Made by a program: the position numbers and the translations under genes. The notes under the pieces were generated by a model. The model was not told the DNA's origin, made no database searches, and saw nothing but the letters and a program-made list of their open reading frames with translations. A stretch of DNA of 58,169 nucleotides from Candidatus Xenobia bacterium (lineage in GTDB: Bacteria; Vulcanimicrobiota; Xenobia; Xenobiales; QWHO01): the NCBI GenBank assembly GCA_045863235.1, contig BTUM01000051.1:1-58169 (forward strand), given 5' to 3'. This document shows, piece after piece, positions 29,964 through 40,314 of this stretch. Numbering within the stretch: position 1 is the stretch's first letter; each line of letters starts with the position of its first letter.

Positions 29964-31201
29964 CAGAGTCGTCCTCCTATGGTGCGTTCCAGGTGGGCCC
30001 GGGCCGACCAGTAGTCGGCGATGGCTTCGAGCAGCTCCAGGCGGGCGCGGGCCAGGTCCTGGCGCAGCTCGAGCAGCTGGTAGATGCCCAGCAGCATGGA
30101 ATCGTAGTAAGGGCGCGACAGCAGCAGGATCTGCCGGCGCTTGGGGATCATCTGATCGCGCAGCTGCTCCACCTTGAGCCGGGCCGCCGCCAGCTGGCTG
30201 ATCGCGATGCGCACCTCGGAGCGCACCCTCTGCTGGCGTGAGTCGAGCAGCTGGCGGCTCTGCTCGGTCTTGGCCCGGTAGTGCTCCACGCGACCCTGAC
30301 GCCGGTCGAAGATCGGAACAGGGAACTGCAGCCCCGGCCCGGTCACGATGGGCCCCCCGGCCTCAGCCTCGCTTTCGCGCGAGACGTCGAAGGACACCTC
30401 GTCGAGCAGCCCGCCCGCCTCCAGAGTCAGGTTCTGCTGGTCAGCCTCCACCTCGAGCCGGGCCACGGCCAGGTCGGGCCGGTCCTTGAGGGCGCGCTCC
30501 TCGAGTCCCTCGAGAGCCACCTCCTGAGTCGGGATGTCGGAAAGCTTGCTGACCTCGAGCTTGCGCTCGGGCGCAAGGCCGAGCAGCAGGTTGAGACGGA
30601 CCTGGTGCTGCTCGAGCCGGTAGCGAGCCTGGTCGAGCTGGATGCGGGCATCGAGCTCGACTGCCTCGGCCTGGGCCAGGGCCACCTGGGGGATGTTCCC
30701 GGCTTTGTACTGGCGCTGGTGCAGCTCGCGGGCAGCGTGGGAGGCCTGCAGCACGATCTCGAGCTGATCCACCGACTGGCGGTGGGCCTGGTAGTGGTAG
30801 TAGGCCTCCTGCACCTCCTGGCGGAACTCGAGCAGGCGGTCCTCGACTTCCAGGCGGGCCTGGCGAAGCTGCGTGCTGGCCACCGCCTCACGATCGCCGC
30901 GGCGCAGCAAATCGAGCAGGTTCCAGCTGAGGCCGAACTCGGTGTTGGTGGGCAAGCCGGATTGGTCTGGAAAGCGCACCGAGGTCGAGAAGACGGGATT
31001 GACCAGCAGCGAGGCCTGCTCCAGATCAGCCTGGGAGATGTCCACCTGGCGATAGAGGGCCTGCACCGCGGGGTTGTTGAGCAGGGCCACCTGCACGGCC
31101 GAGTCGGAGGTGAGCTCGCGGGAGAGCAGCGTCTCCACGGCCGAAGGCTCGGCCCGGGCCAGACTGACGAGCAGGAGCAGGACAAGAAGATTGCGGAGCA
31201 C
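29963..31201 (-). CDS. TolC-family outer membrane protein of a copper-resistance locus
   Basis: Signal peptide, AVQVALLNNP, RPDL, PIFDR.QG; upstream of the copper oxidase. Confidence 0.85.
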   Translation of the reverse strand: MLRNLLVLLLLVSLARAEPSAVETLLSRELTSDSAVQVALLNNPAVQALYRQVDISQADLEQASLLVNPVFSTSVRFPDQSGLPTNTEFGLSWNLLDLLRRGDREAVASTQLRQARLEVEDRLLEFRQEVQEAYYHYQAHRQSVDQLEIVLQASHAARELHQRQYKAGNIPQVALAQAEAVELDARIQLDQARYRLEQHQVRLNLLLGLAPERKLEVSKLSDIPTQEVALEGLEERALKDRPDLAVARLEVEADQQNLTLEAGGLLDEVSFDVSRESEAEAGGPIVTGPGLQFPVPIFDRRQGRVEHYRAKTEQSRQLLDSRQQRVRSEVRIAISQLAAARLKVEQLRDQMIPKRRQILLLSRPYYDSMLLGIYQLLELRQDLARARLELLEAIADYWSARAHLERTIGGRL

Positions 31202-31283
31202 GGTGGCGGATTAGGTTCGCGGGAAGGGATTCCTGCTGGTGAGGAGCGGTCGCAGTTCAGCGACGACAGGAGCGGTCGACTGG

Positions 31284-31316
31284 TTTCAAATCCCTTTGAG
31301 GAGCGTGCCTTACACT
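31284..31316 (+). promoter_or_regulatory. Recurrent promoter box TTTCAA-N5-TTTGAG-N10-TACACT, 7 nt before ATG 31324
   Basis: Read directly. Confidence 0.75.
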
Positions 31317-31323
31317 CGCTCTC

Positions 31324-34300
31324 ATGATCGACACCCGTCTGAGCTTGCTGCACCCCGCAACCCTGCCCCAGAAGGCCACCTCGGCCGGCGAGGGGGCCGA
31401 TCAGGTCAAGCTGGGAAGTCGCCCCGAGCGACCCGAATGGATGCAGCTCCACCCGGTGGCCCAGCCCGTCAGCCAGGAGGCGCCCCCGGTTCCGGTCGTC
31501 AAGCGCTCGGCCGAGGAAGCCTCCTCGAGCAAGCTCCGCCTGGGCCTGATGCTGGGTCTGACCGCCCTGGGCGCGGTGGCGCCCATGGTCATGCCGGCCG
31601 TGGCCCAGGCCGCGCCCATTGCAAGCGTGGTGCAGACGCCGGTGCGCGCCTCCAGCGTGGCCGAAGTGGTGGAGCAGTTCCAGGGCAGCCGGCAGCTCTA
31701 CGTGGTGGGCAATCCCAAGATCAACGGTGTCAGCGTGGAGCAAGGCGAGCTCACGCGCCTGCAAGAGGTGCTCAAGCGCCATCCCGGCACTTACGTGGTG
31801 CTGGTGGACGGCTCGAAAAACCTGGCCGGCGACGACCACGCCCTCAGCCGCGGCATCGCCAATCACCCCGACTTCCAGAAGGTAGTCAACGCGCGCACCG
31901 GCGAGCGCTCGGGCGTGGTGTTCATGGTCTACACCGGCATTCAAGACCAGAGCTTCGTGCAGAGCACCGGCAAGGACCGGGCCCTCTTCATGCGCTCGGA
32001 CGAGCTGCCCGACCGCCTGGGCGTGGGCGAGGCCAACTTCGCCGACCCCCAGACGGGGGCGCCGCGCGAGCTCTTGCAGCTCTACATCGAGTCGTTCCAG
32101 CAGGGCAAGGGCATGGCCGGCAGCCTGGACGCCGTCATGCAGCGCATCGACAGCGTGGTCCAAGAGCATGCCGAGGGAGCTTACAGCCAGGCCCGCCAGG
32201 CGGTGGACCGGGCGGCCGGCGAGCTGAGCGTGACCCGCACCAGGGTGCAGGAGTTCCAGCGCCAGCACGGCAGCGGCGGCCAGCTCGGCAGCCCCGACGT
32301 GGAGGGCTGGCAGAAGCTCCTCGAGCGCGCCCGCCAGGCCCAGGAGAACAAGGACCTGGCCGGGGCAAAGGCGATCGCCCAGCAGCTCTCCGGGCAGCTT
32401 CAAACCTGGCAGAGCGGGGCCGCGGCCTACGGCCAGGCGGGGGCCACCGCCACCGAGGTGCGCGGACTGCTCGAGCGCGTAGGCCAGGACCTCGCGCGCC
32501 TGGAGGACAACGACCAGGCCCAGGCGGCCCGGGCCCACCACGAGGCCGCCCGCCGGAGCCTGCATGAGTTCGAGGTGGCCTACCGGGCCAAGGATCCGAG
32601 CTACGCCGAGAAGCTCGAGCAGGCCGGCAGCGAGACCCGCGCGGCAGCCGACCAGGTCCAGGCGTCTCGTGATCACAGCGAGCTCATGAAGAAGGCCCGC
32701 ACCATCGGCACCGGAGTGGCCGTGGTGGCCGTGCTGCTGACCGCCTTCCTCCTCAACCAGCGGGCCCGGGCCCGGGGCGAGAAGGCCCGCCAGGCTCTCG
32801 ATGAGGCCACCGCCCGGCTCGGCGAGCGCTCGGCCGAGCTGCTCGAGCTCTTGAACCGGGCCGACTACCACAAGGTGGCCGACTACGCGGGGCGCACCCG
32901 ACAGCTTGGCGACGAGATGCTCGAGAACGCCAACGAGGCCCTCATGCTGGTGGGCGGTGCCGAGAAGTTCCTCTCCGAGGCGCGCGAGCTGATCGAAGGC
33001 CACAAGCTCAAGAACGCCTTCACCACCGGCAACTACGACCGGGCCCTGGGCATTCTGACCGATCCCGAGCAGAAGCTGGCCTTCGGGGCCACCGACACGG
33101 CCCGCGTGGTGCTGGAGAAAGACAGCCAGGCGGCCACCTGGCGCGATCAGATCCTGGCGGCCGGCAGCTCGCGGGTCTACGAGCAGTCAATGCTGGCGAT
33201 GCTCGATCAGATCGAGCAGCGGCGCAAGCAAGCCGAGGCCAACCACGAGGAGCTGGAGAGCAAGCAGGCCCACATCGTGAGCTACCTGGGCGGGCTGCAG
33301 ACGCGCCTGGAGCAAAGCCAGAAGGTCTCCGAGGAGCTGGTCAAGGCAGGCGGACCGTTCACGGCCATGTCCGTGGGCGACAGCCTGCTGCCGGCAGCCC
33401 GGGCCGATATGGAGCAGAAGTCGAACGATCCCGTGCACGCTTACGATGAGCTGAAGAAGGGCTCCAAGCTCGGCGAGTCGGCCGGTCGCATGGTGGGCGA
33501 AGCCGAGGCCCTGCTGGCTTTCGCCGCTCGGGCCCGTCAGCAGCTTCTCCCGGCCCTTCAGACCACCCGCAACCAGGTGGAGGGAGTCGACCTGAAGTGG
33601 GCCGAGCAAGAGAGCGACCAGCTTTCGACGCGTCTTGAGGCGGCCGCCAGGGCAGCCACGAAAGACAGCGCCGCCGAGGAGATCAAAGCTCTGGAGCAGG
33701 GAGTCACCGAGCTGGTGGCCCGCCTGGGAAAGACCAGCGTGCTCGACCGCGACCGCCGCGGCGCCGCCGCCGGCGAGCTCTCGCAAGGCCAGGCCGAGGT
33801 GGCCACGGCCCGCCAGGAGCTGACCGACGGGCTGCGTCAGCTCGGTCTCTTCGCTCAGGGCAAGCCCGAGCAGGTCCTGACGGAAAAAGACCACGAGGTG
33901 AACAGCTTCCTGGGACGAGGCGGCATCCTGCTCAAGCAGGCCGGACCGCTGCTCTCCAGGGGCAGCATCGAGAGCGCTGCCGAGAGTCTGGACCAGATGC
34001 GCGGGTTGCTCGGCCAGACGCGCGCGGAGATCGCTCTGGCGCGTGAGATCCTGGCCGACTACCCGCAGACCTCGACCGAGCGCAGAACGCGCCATCTGCA
34101 TCTGGGCAGCGAGGTGGGCCAGAGCTTCGCCCGTCTCACCCAAACTTACGCCCCCGATGTGCAGCCCGTGGTGGCCCGCGAGATCCAGGCCGGCGAGACG
34201 CTGGCGGGATGCGTGGAGCGCTCCACCCTGTCGCTCTCCCAGGCCATGGGCTGGATCGACTCGGCCCACCAGAACGCCGATCAGGCGCGACTGCTGGCGG

Positions 34301-36402
34301 CCCGCCAGGATCTGGGCCGCTCGGACGAGAGCCTGAAGGCCTCATCGCGCGAGCTCGATCTCCTGCGCCGGGCCGAGAGCGTGCTGGCCGGTCACCAGAC
34401 GGCGGCCGAGACCGACCTTGGTTCCCTGACGAAGACCCTGGAGGGCCTGACCGAGCGCTCGAGCCAGGTTTATGTGCGCAGCGCCGCCCGAGAGCTGCTC
34501 GAGCAGGCCCGGGCCCAGCTCGCCGAGTCGGCCGCCCGGGTCGGCCGCCAGCCGCGCAATCCGTATGCCTCGCGTGAGGCCCTGGAGGCCACCCGGGCCC
34601 TCTGCCAGCGCACCGAGAGCACGATGAACGCCGACCAGAAGATCTACCAGGCAGCCTGCGCCGCCATCGAGACCGCCGCTCGCGACATCGCCACCGCGGC
34701 CCGCGACCTGACGCAGTCGGAGACGCGGAAATTCCACCAGACCGTGACCGGCTACGGACCGGTGAGCCACGCGGTCGATCCGAGCACGCTGGGCGATTCG
34801 CGCACCCGGCTTGCGACCGCCCGCGAGCAGCACGCCGCGGCCGAGGGCTCCATGCCGGGCCAGGCCTATGAAGAGGCGCTCAGCCAGGGCCAGGCTTCCT
34901 CGGGCTCGGCCACCGGCTCGAGCAGCCACTCGGCCTCGGTGGTGGCCCGCTTCCAGGCGGAGTTCTCGAAGATGGTGGCTACGGCTGAAAAGCAGGTGGA
35001 GATGGACAGGGCGCTGCCGGCCCTGGAGCAGCGCCTGGGCGAGACCAAGAAACGCGCCACCGCCGAGTACGTGCGCGGCCCGGCCAAACAGCAACTCGGC
35101 CAGGCGACCGAAGCAGTGGGTCAGGCTCGCTCGCTCATCACCGGCAAGGAACGCGCTCCCTACGAAGAGGAGAAAGCCGTCAAGCGGGCCGAGGAGCTGC
35201 GTGGGAAGACCGAGGCCCTGATCGGCTCGGACCAGAAGGTCTTCGAGCAGTCGCGCTCGGCCCAGTCGGCGGCCGGCCAGGCCATCGAGGCGGCCGAGCA
35301 GGCCCTGGCTCAGGCCGAGCGCAAGACCTTCAGCGAGCAGGTCTCCGGCTTCGGGGAGGTGCGCCACAGCGTGCCCGGCTCGCAGCTTGCAGCGGCCCGA
35401 AGCCAGCTTCAGGCAGCCCGCGAGAAACTGTCGGCGGCCCAGCGCCAGCACGGCTCGCAAAGCTACGAGGAGGCCAGCGGGCAGGCGGGCGAGAGCTCAA
35501 ACACGGCCCTGGCTTCGTCGGGCTCGACCGCTCAGGTCGTCTCGGCCAACGAGAGCGAGTTCCGGGGCCAGGTGGCGGTGGCGAAGAAGCAGGTCGAGGT
35601 GCAGAAGGAGCTCTCCAGCGTGGAGAGCCGCTTCGGCCAGACCCGCAGCAAGCTGAGCGAGAGCTACGTGCGCAATGACACCGAGCAGCTCTACTCGCAG
35701 GCTTCGCGCGAGCTGGATGAGGCCCGCTCGCTGGTGGGCAAGCGCCCGCCCCAGCCCGATACGGCCCGCCAGGCCGTGAGCGAGGCCGAGAGCAAGCGCA
35801 GCCAGGTGGACCGGGCCATCGAGGCCGACCGCCAGGCGTACGACCAGGCTCGCTCGAGGGTGAGCACGGCCGAGCAGGCGGTCTCCAGCGCCAAATCTGC
35901 CTTGAGCAATGCGGCCGGCGAGCGCTGGAGCACGAGCGTGGATGGTCACGGCCAGGTCAGCCACGACGTGGAGGATAGCTCGCTCTCCTCGGCCCGCAGC
36001 CGCCTCAGCCAGGCCGAGAGCAAGCTGCAGAGCGCCCGCTCGGAGCTGAGCTCGAAAGACTACGAGGGCGCCGCGCGACGCGCCGGCGAAGCGGACAGCG
36101 AGGCCGACCAGGCCGTTTCAGCCGCCTCGCAAGCGATCTCGCAGGCCAAGCGCCACTTCGAGGAGCTGGTCAGCGCCGCCCGCGCGGCGGTGGCCGCCAG
36201 GCGCGAGGCCGAGGAGCGAGCCCTCCGGGCCGAGCGCGAGGCTCAGGAGCGCCGCGAGGCCGAGCAGCGCCAGAAGGCTGAGCAGGCCGAAGAGCGCCAG
36301 GCCGAGCAGCGCCGGCAGGCCGCCGAGTCGGGCAATCCCGACGGTTCCAGCGGGCGCTGGAACTCGGGCGGGGGCAGCGGATCCACGGGCGGTGCCTGGT
36401 AG
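31324..36402 (+). CDS. Giant (1692 aa) membrane-anchored coiled-coil protein with three 199-aa repeats and a Gly/Ser-Trp tail
   Basis: Long ORF with strong codon bias; hydrophobic segments near aa 75-95 and 460-478; YVR motifs at nt 34471, 35068, 35665. Confidence 0.88.
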   Translation: MIDTRLSLLHPATLPQKATSAGEGADQVKLGSRPERPEWMQLHPVAQPVSQEAPPVPVVKRSAEEASSSKLRLGLMLGLTALGAVAPMVMPAVAQAAPIASVVQTPVRASSVAEVVEQFQGSRQLYVVGNPKINGVSVEQGELTRLQEVLKRHPGTYVVLVDGSKNLAGDDHALSRGIANHPDFQKVVNARTGERSGVVFMVYTGIQDQSFVQSTGKDRALFMRSDELPDRLGVGEANFADPQTGAPRELLQLYIESFQQGKGMAGSLDAVMQRIDSVVQEHAEGAYSQARQAVDRAAGELSVTRTRVQEFQRQHGSGGQLGSPDVEGWQKLLERARQAQENKDLAGAKAIAQQLSGQLQTWQSGAAAYGQAGATATEVRGLLERVGQDLARLEDNDQAQAARAHHEAARRSLHEFEVAYRAKDPSYAEKLEQAGSETRAAADQVQASRDHSELMKKARTIGTGVAVVAVLLTAFLLNQRARARGEKARQALDEATARLGERSAELLELLNRADYHKVADYAGRTRQLGDEMLENANEALMLVGGAEKFLSEARELIEGHKLKNAFTTGNYDRALGILTDPEQKLAFGATDTARVVLEKDSQAATWRDQILAAGSSRVYEQSMLAMLDQIEQRRKQAEANHEELESKQAHIVSYLGGLQTRLEQSQKVSEELVKAGGPFTAMSVGDSLLPAARADMEQKSNDPVHAYDELKKGSKLGESAGRMVGEAEALLAFAARARQQLLPALQTTRNQVEGVDLKWAEQESDQLSTRLEAAARAATKDSAAEEIKALEQGVTELVARLGKTSVLDRDRRGAAAGELSQGQAEVATARQELTDGLRQLGLFAQGKPEQVLTEKDHEVNSFLGRGGILLKQAGPLLSRGSIESAAESLDQMRGLLGQTRAEIALAREILADYPQTSTERRTRHLHLGSEVGQSFARLTQTYAPDVQPVVAREIQAGETLAGCVERSTLSLSQAMGWIDSAHQNADQARLLAARQDLGRSDESLKASSRELDLLRRAESVLAGHQTAAETDLGSLTKTLEGLTERSSQVYVRSAARELLEQARAQLAESAARVGRQPRNPYASREALEATRALCQRTESTMNADQKIYQAACAAIETAARDIATAARDLTQSETRKFHQTVTGYGPVSHAVDPSTLGDSRTRLATAREQHAAAEGSMPGQAYEEALSQGQASSGSATGSSSHSASVVARFQAEFSKMVATAEKQVEMDRALPALEQRLGETKKRATAEYVRGPAKQQLGQATEAVGQARSLITGKERAPYEEEKAVKRAEELRGKTEALIGSDQKVFEQSRSAQSAAGQAIEAAEQALAQAERKTFSEQVSGFGEVRHSVPGSQLAAARSQLQAAREKLSAAQRQHGSQSYEEASGQAGESSNTALASSGSTAQVVSANESEFRGQVAVAKKQVEVQKELSSVESRFGQTRSKLSESYVRNDTEQLYSQASRELDEARSLVGKRPPQPDTARQAVSEAESKRSQVDRAIEADRQAYDQARSRVSTAEQAVSSAKSALSNAAGERWSTSVDGHGQVSHDVEDSSLSSARSRLSQAESKLQSARSELSSKDYEGAARRAGEADSEADQAVSAASQAISQAKRHFEELVSAARAAVAARREAEERALRAEREAQERREAEQRQKAEQAEERQAEQRRQAAESGNPDGSSGRWNSGGGSGSTGGAW

Positions 36403-36509
36403 GCGGCTGCCCCGTTCAGCCTGCGGAGATGTGCGGCCACTTTCCAGCTTGAGCCGGATGTGAGCCCGACTTGCCGCACCTTCCAGCCTGCGCGGGGCAA
36501 CCTGGCTGC

Positions 36510-36917
36510 TCATCTCGATCTTCGGTTCAGGTACCCGACGGCATCCTGGACGCTCCGAATCGCGGCGGCGTCGTTCTCGGCGATCTGGACGCTGAACTCG
36601 GATTCCAGCGCCGTGATGAACTCGAACCAGTCGATCGAATCTCCGCCCAGGTCCTGGAAAAGGTCGGCGCCGGGGAGCAACTGGTCGGCAGGCATCTCGA
36701 GCGTCGCGGCCAGCACCCGGGTGGCCCGCACCTCGAGTGGACAGGGTCCGCGGGAAGCTCCAATCCCGGCCGCCTGCAAGAGGGCGCGCAGGCCAGGCAT
36801 GGGCTGCAACGAATGACCGCCAAGCTCCACCCTGTCGGGCCGCTCGAGGCTCGACTCGAGGGCCGGCCGTGACCTTCCCGTCAAGCTGCTGTTCGACGAG
36901 AGCAAGGGAGTGCGCAT
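36510..36917 (-). CDS. Acyl carrier protein domain with long N-terminal leader
   Basis: DLGGDSIDWFE phosphopantetheine site, LESEFSVQI, IRSVQDAV; AGGAGG RBS before ATG 36917 (alternative 36941). Confidence 0.8.
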   Translation of the reverse strand: MRTPLLSSNSSLTGRSRPALESSLERPDRVELGGHSLQPMPGLRALLQAAGIGASRGPCPLEVRATRVLAATLEMPADQLLPGADLFQDLGGDSIDWFEFITALESEFSVQIAENDAAAIRSVQDAVGYLNRRSR

Positions 36918-37096
36918 CGATTCAAACCTCCTGGTGGGCATCTCAGGACCAGTCTACCCTTCAGGAATTGAATCGCTCTTGGGGGAACCTTGGGCAATCC
37001 TTGACGACCTTCACGTTCAACGCCAGCGCATCAGGCGGCTCGCGGGCAGCCCCTTCCCGCAGTACCTGCCAGCTCGGCGCAATTTCTGGAAGGTGC

Positions 37097-37819
37097 CTAA
37101 AACAGGGCGTCCCTGGACACCTCTTCGCTCTGCTCGCGCAGGGCCTCACGAAAGGCAGCCTTCAGCTCGTCGTAGTAACTGGCCGGAATGGCCTTCAACC
37201 CCTCGCGCAAGCGCTCGATGACGGGAGCCAGAGCCTTCTGCTCTTCTTCCTCCACCGCCTCGATCACCTCGCGAGCCGCTTCGGCCTCCTGCTCGGGAGC
37301 GGGCGGGGCCTGCTTGCGCAGGCGGCGCGCGAGCTCCTGGCCGGCCTGCCGCAGTTTCTGGCTGGCCCCACCGAGCACGCTCTGGAAGACGCGACCCACC
37401 GGGCTGGTGCTCACCCGGGCCGCGGCCGCGTCCTGAGCATCGCGCAGGCGCACGGCGTTGCCGTGATAGAGCCCCTCCGAAAAGGCCACCTGCAGAAGGT
37501 ATCCCGAGACGAAATAGCCGCTGGCCGCGTCCACGGTGCGATTGATGTCCCACACCACCAGCAGGCGCGCCAGAACCTTCTTGAAGGGCCACAGGAAAAG
37601 CGATAACAGACAACCAGAGCAACAACCGGTGCGGTCCTCGGTGAGGACCTTCACCTCCTCTTTGCTCAGCTCTCGCTGGTAAGCCGTGCCCAGCCTCCGC
37701 ACCATGCGCTCGTGGGCCGCCTGGCGCAGGGCGTCGTCAAGGAAAGGCAGAGGCACATACCGCGTCAGGGCCATCAAGATGGCATGGAACAGCACGTCGC
37801 GCTCGAGCTCGGGAGGCAT
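37097..37819 (-). CDS. Hypothetical protein
   Basis: YVPLPFLDD...MVRRL; GCCSGCL hydrophobic segment; start uncertain. Confidence 0.7.
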   Translation of the reverse strand: MPPELERDVLFHAILMALTRYVPLPFLDDALRQAAHERMVRRLGTAYQRELSKEEVKVLTEDRTGCCSGCLLSLFLWPFKKVLARLLVVWDINRTVDAASGYFVSGYLLQVAFSEGLYHGNAVRLRDAQDAAAARVSTSPVGRVFQSVLGGASQKLRQAGQELARRLRKQAPPAPEQEAEAAREVIEAVEEEEQKALAPVIERLREGLKAIPASYYDELKAAFREALREQSEEVSRDALF

Positions 37820-37901
37820 CGGGTCCAGTTCGTGGAGCAGGGCCGATCCTCTCCTGGACCTCGTGAAGTGACCATCTCCAACAAGCTCGGGACAGGCGAG
37901 C

Positions 37902-38870
37902 TTACAGCCGCTCGCGCACCACCGCCCGGGGGTCCTTGTCGAGCACGAATCCCTTGAAGGATGCGTGACGGATTTTTCCGTGGCTGCTCCAGTCCAGGAA
38001 CTGGGCCTCGCACACGAGGACGGGGTCGAGGTAGACGTGGGTCGGCTCCACCTCGCGATTGACAAACAGCGTCCGAGGACGCTCCAGTCGGGGCAACAGC
38101 TCCTTCAGGGCCTGCACGGTCTCCCGGGCAAAGCCCACCTCGACGGTGCCGGCGTAGTGCAGCTCATCGTTTTGAAAGCAGCCCAGCATCAGGCCCCCCA
38201 GCCATCCGTCGGTCCCCTCGGGGTCCTTCTTGTACCCCCCGATCACGAACTCTTGCCGACACCAGTTCTTGATTTTTCGCCAGTGGACCGAGCGCTGACC
38301 GGGCAGATACTGGCTATCCAGCCGCTTGGCCACCAGTCCCTCCAGCCCGGCCGCACGGCTGGCCTCGAGCAGCGCCTGGCCGCCAGCTCCCCGGTGGATG
38401 GAGGGAACCATCCAGTGGGGGCCCACCAACCCCAGCCCCTCCAGGTGGACGCGCCGCTCTTCGTAGGGCAAGGCCAGGAGCGAGCGATCGTCGAGATAGA
38501 GCAGGTCGAACACCTGGTAGCAGATGGGGAACTGTAGTCCAGGCGGGCGGCGGTGCTTGCCCTCTTCAGGGAAAAAGCCGGTACGGGCCTGCATGCGCTC
38601 GAAGTCAGGCTTCCCCTCCTCGTTGAAAGCCACGATCTCCCCGTCGAGCAGGCACGGTCGTCCCACCGCCGCTGCGAGGGAGGCCAGCTCGGGATAGAAG
38701 TAGCTCATGTTCTTCAGGCTACGGCTCTGCAGGCGAGTCAGGCCGTCTGAGCAGAAAGCCAGGGCCCGAAAGCCGTCGAACTTGACCTCGTAGGCCCAGC
38801 CCGACTCGTCGGCAGGCACCTGGGCAAAGGCCTGGGGAAGCATCGGGCTGAGCTCGGCGGGCAGGCTCAT
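37902..38870 (-). CDS. ligD: ATP-dependent DNA ligase (LigD ligase domain only)
   Basis: YEVKFDGFR, LDGEIV, FDLLY, EGLVAKR, W.KIK, RHASFKG. Confidence 0.9.
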   Translation of the reverse strand: MSLPAELSPMLPQAFAQVPADESGWAYEVKFDGFRALAFCSDGLTRLQSRSLKNMSYFYPELASLAAAVGRPCLLDGEIVAFNEEGKPDFERMQARTGFFPEEGKHRRPPGLQFPICYQVFDLLYLDDRSLLALPYEERRVHLEGLGLVGPHWMVPSIHRGAGGQALLEASRAAGLEGLVAKRLDSQYLPGQRSVHWRKIKNWCRQEFVIGGYKKDPEGTDGWLGGLMLGCFQNDELHYAGTVEVGFARETVQALKELLPRLERPRTLFVNREVEPTHVYLDPVLVCEAQFLDWSSHGKIRHASFKGFVLDKDPRAVVRERL

Positions 38871-38910
38871 GGCAAGGAGGGTAGCACAGCAACGACGGGA
38901 AGGCTGGGGA

Positions 38911-39732
38911 ATGCCCAAGCGACTCCTCCTGCTCCTTCTCATCCTTCTCGCCCCGGTGGCCGCATCTCCCCGAGCCGAGCTGGTGTTCAAGTATCGCGGC
39001 GAGCCGATCAAGATCCTGAGCCTGACCGAGCTCGAGAAGATGGTGCCGAGCCGCGATCTGACCATCTTCGAACCCCACGAGAAGCGCAACCGCAGTTATC
39101 GTGTGATTGCTCTGGAAGACCTGCTCAAAGCCGTCTACGAAAAGCGTTGGGAGGGCCACGACGAGCTCTTGATCACCTGCCTGGACGGCTACCAGCCCAC
39201 CGTCCCCGGGCCTTACGTGCAGGCCCACAGGGGCTACCTGGCCTTTGCCAGTGCCGATGGCTTGCCTTTCCGGCTCAATACCGAGACCCGAGGGGTGCAA
39301 GAGTGCGGGCCCTTCTACCTGATCTGGGACAACCAGAGCGACCCCACGATGCACAAGGACGAGTCACACTACTGGCCTTACCAGGTGCACGTGCTCGACC
39401 TGATCCGCTTCGACGAGAAGTTCGAGCGCGTGATTCCCCCCGAGGGGGCCTCGCCGGCCGCCCGGCGGGGCTTTGCCGACTTCCGGCGCTTCTGCATCAT
39501 GTGCCACGCCATCAACGGTCAGGGGGGGATCAAGGCCGAGTTGAACTATCCCGTCAACGTGACCGAATACTGGGAGCCAGGCTTCCTGGCTCAGTGGATC
39601 AAGAACCCCCAGAGCATCCGCCACAAGGCGGAGATGAAAGGGTTGGCTGAGAGCCTGCCCGAGCGCGACCGGGTGGTCAGCGACCTGATCGAGTATCTCA
39701 AAGCCATGAAAGTGCGCAAGATCGCTCCCTGA
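38911..39732 (+). CDS. Exported protein with C-terminal cytochrome c domain
   Basis: Signal peptide; CIMCH heme motif with distal Met; N-terminal domain with DGY, GPFYLIW, WPYQV. Confidence 0.85.
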   Translation: MPKRLLLLLLILLAPVAASPRAELVFKYRGEPIKILSLTELEKMVPSRDLTIFEPHEKRNRSYRVIALEDLLKAVYEKRWEGHDELLITCLDGYQPTVPGPYVQAHRGYLAFASADGLPFRLNTETRGVQECGPFYLIWDNQSDPTMHKDESHYWPYQVHVLDLIRFDEKFERVIPPEGASPAARRGFADFRRFCIMCHAINGQGGIKAELNYPVNVTEYWEPGFLAQWIKNPQSIRHKAEMKGLAESLPERDRVVSDLIEYLKAMKVRKIAP

Positions 39733-39749
39733 CTCCGGCAGGAATTTAA

Positions 39750-39763
39750 ACCGTCCAGACGGT
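39750..39763. promoter_or_regulatory. Probable TetR operator
   Basis: ACCGTC-CA-GACGGT palindrome overlapping the promoter of the tetR gene. Confidence 0.65.
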
Positions 39764-39777
39764 ATAGTATCTCCACC

Positions 39778-40314
39778 ATGGTCACCCGTCCATCCAAAAA
39801 ACTGGCTCTACTCCAGGCTGCCGCCCGCGTGGTCGAGCGCCAGGGCTCGGCCCAGCTCACGCTGGAGGCGGTGGCCAGTGAAGCGGGCCTGAGCAAGGGC
39901 GGTCTGCTCTACCACTTCCCCACCAAGCAGGCCCTGATCGAGGCCATGGTCGAGCACCTGGTGGAGGAGTTCAGTCAGGACGTCGAGGCGCGCCGCCGGG
40001 GCGGTGCATTCCTGCCCGCTTACATTCGGGCCACCTTCGACTACCATCCCCAATTGAGCGTGGCCAGCGTGCTGGCCGCCGCCCTGAGTCACGATCCGCC
40101 CCTGCTCGAGCCGCTCCAGAAGGGCTTCGAGGCCTGGCGCCAGGCAGCCCTGGCCGACCCGGGGCCGCCTCAGCGAGCGGACCTGATCCGCCTGGCGGTG
40201 GATGGGCTCTGGTTCACCGAGCTTTTCTGCCTGGCCCCCATGACCCGCAAAGACCGTCGCCAGCTGGAACAGGAGCTGCTGGCCCTCTGCCAAGAAAGGA
40301 CTGACCCACAATGA
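39778..40314 (+). CDS. TetR/AcrR family regulator
   Basis: LTLEAVASEAGLSKGGLLYHFPTK HTH; DGLW C-terminal motif. Confidence 0.93.
   Translation: MVTRPSKKLALLQAAARVVERQGSAQLTLEAVASEAGLSKGGLLYHFPTKQALIEAMVEHLVEEFSQDVEARRRGGAFLPAYIRATFDYHPQLSVASVLAAALSHDPPLLEPLQKGFEAWRQAALADPGPPQRADLIRLAVDGLWFTELFCLAPMTRKDRRQLEQELLALCQERTDPQ

Noticed and set aside
31284..31316. Interpreting the recurrent box as a sigma-28 or sigma-54 promoter
   Set aside because: No TAAA-N15-GCCGATAA or GG-N10-GC pattern; the -10 is sigma70-type
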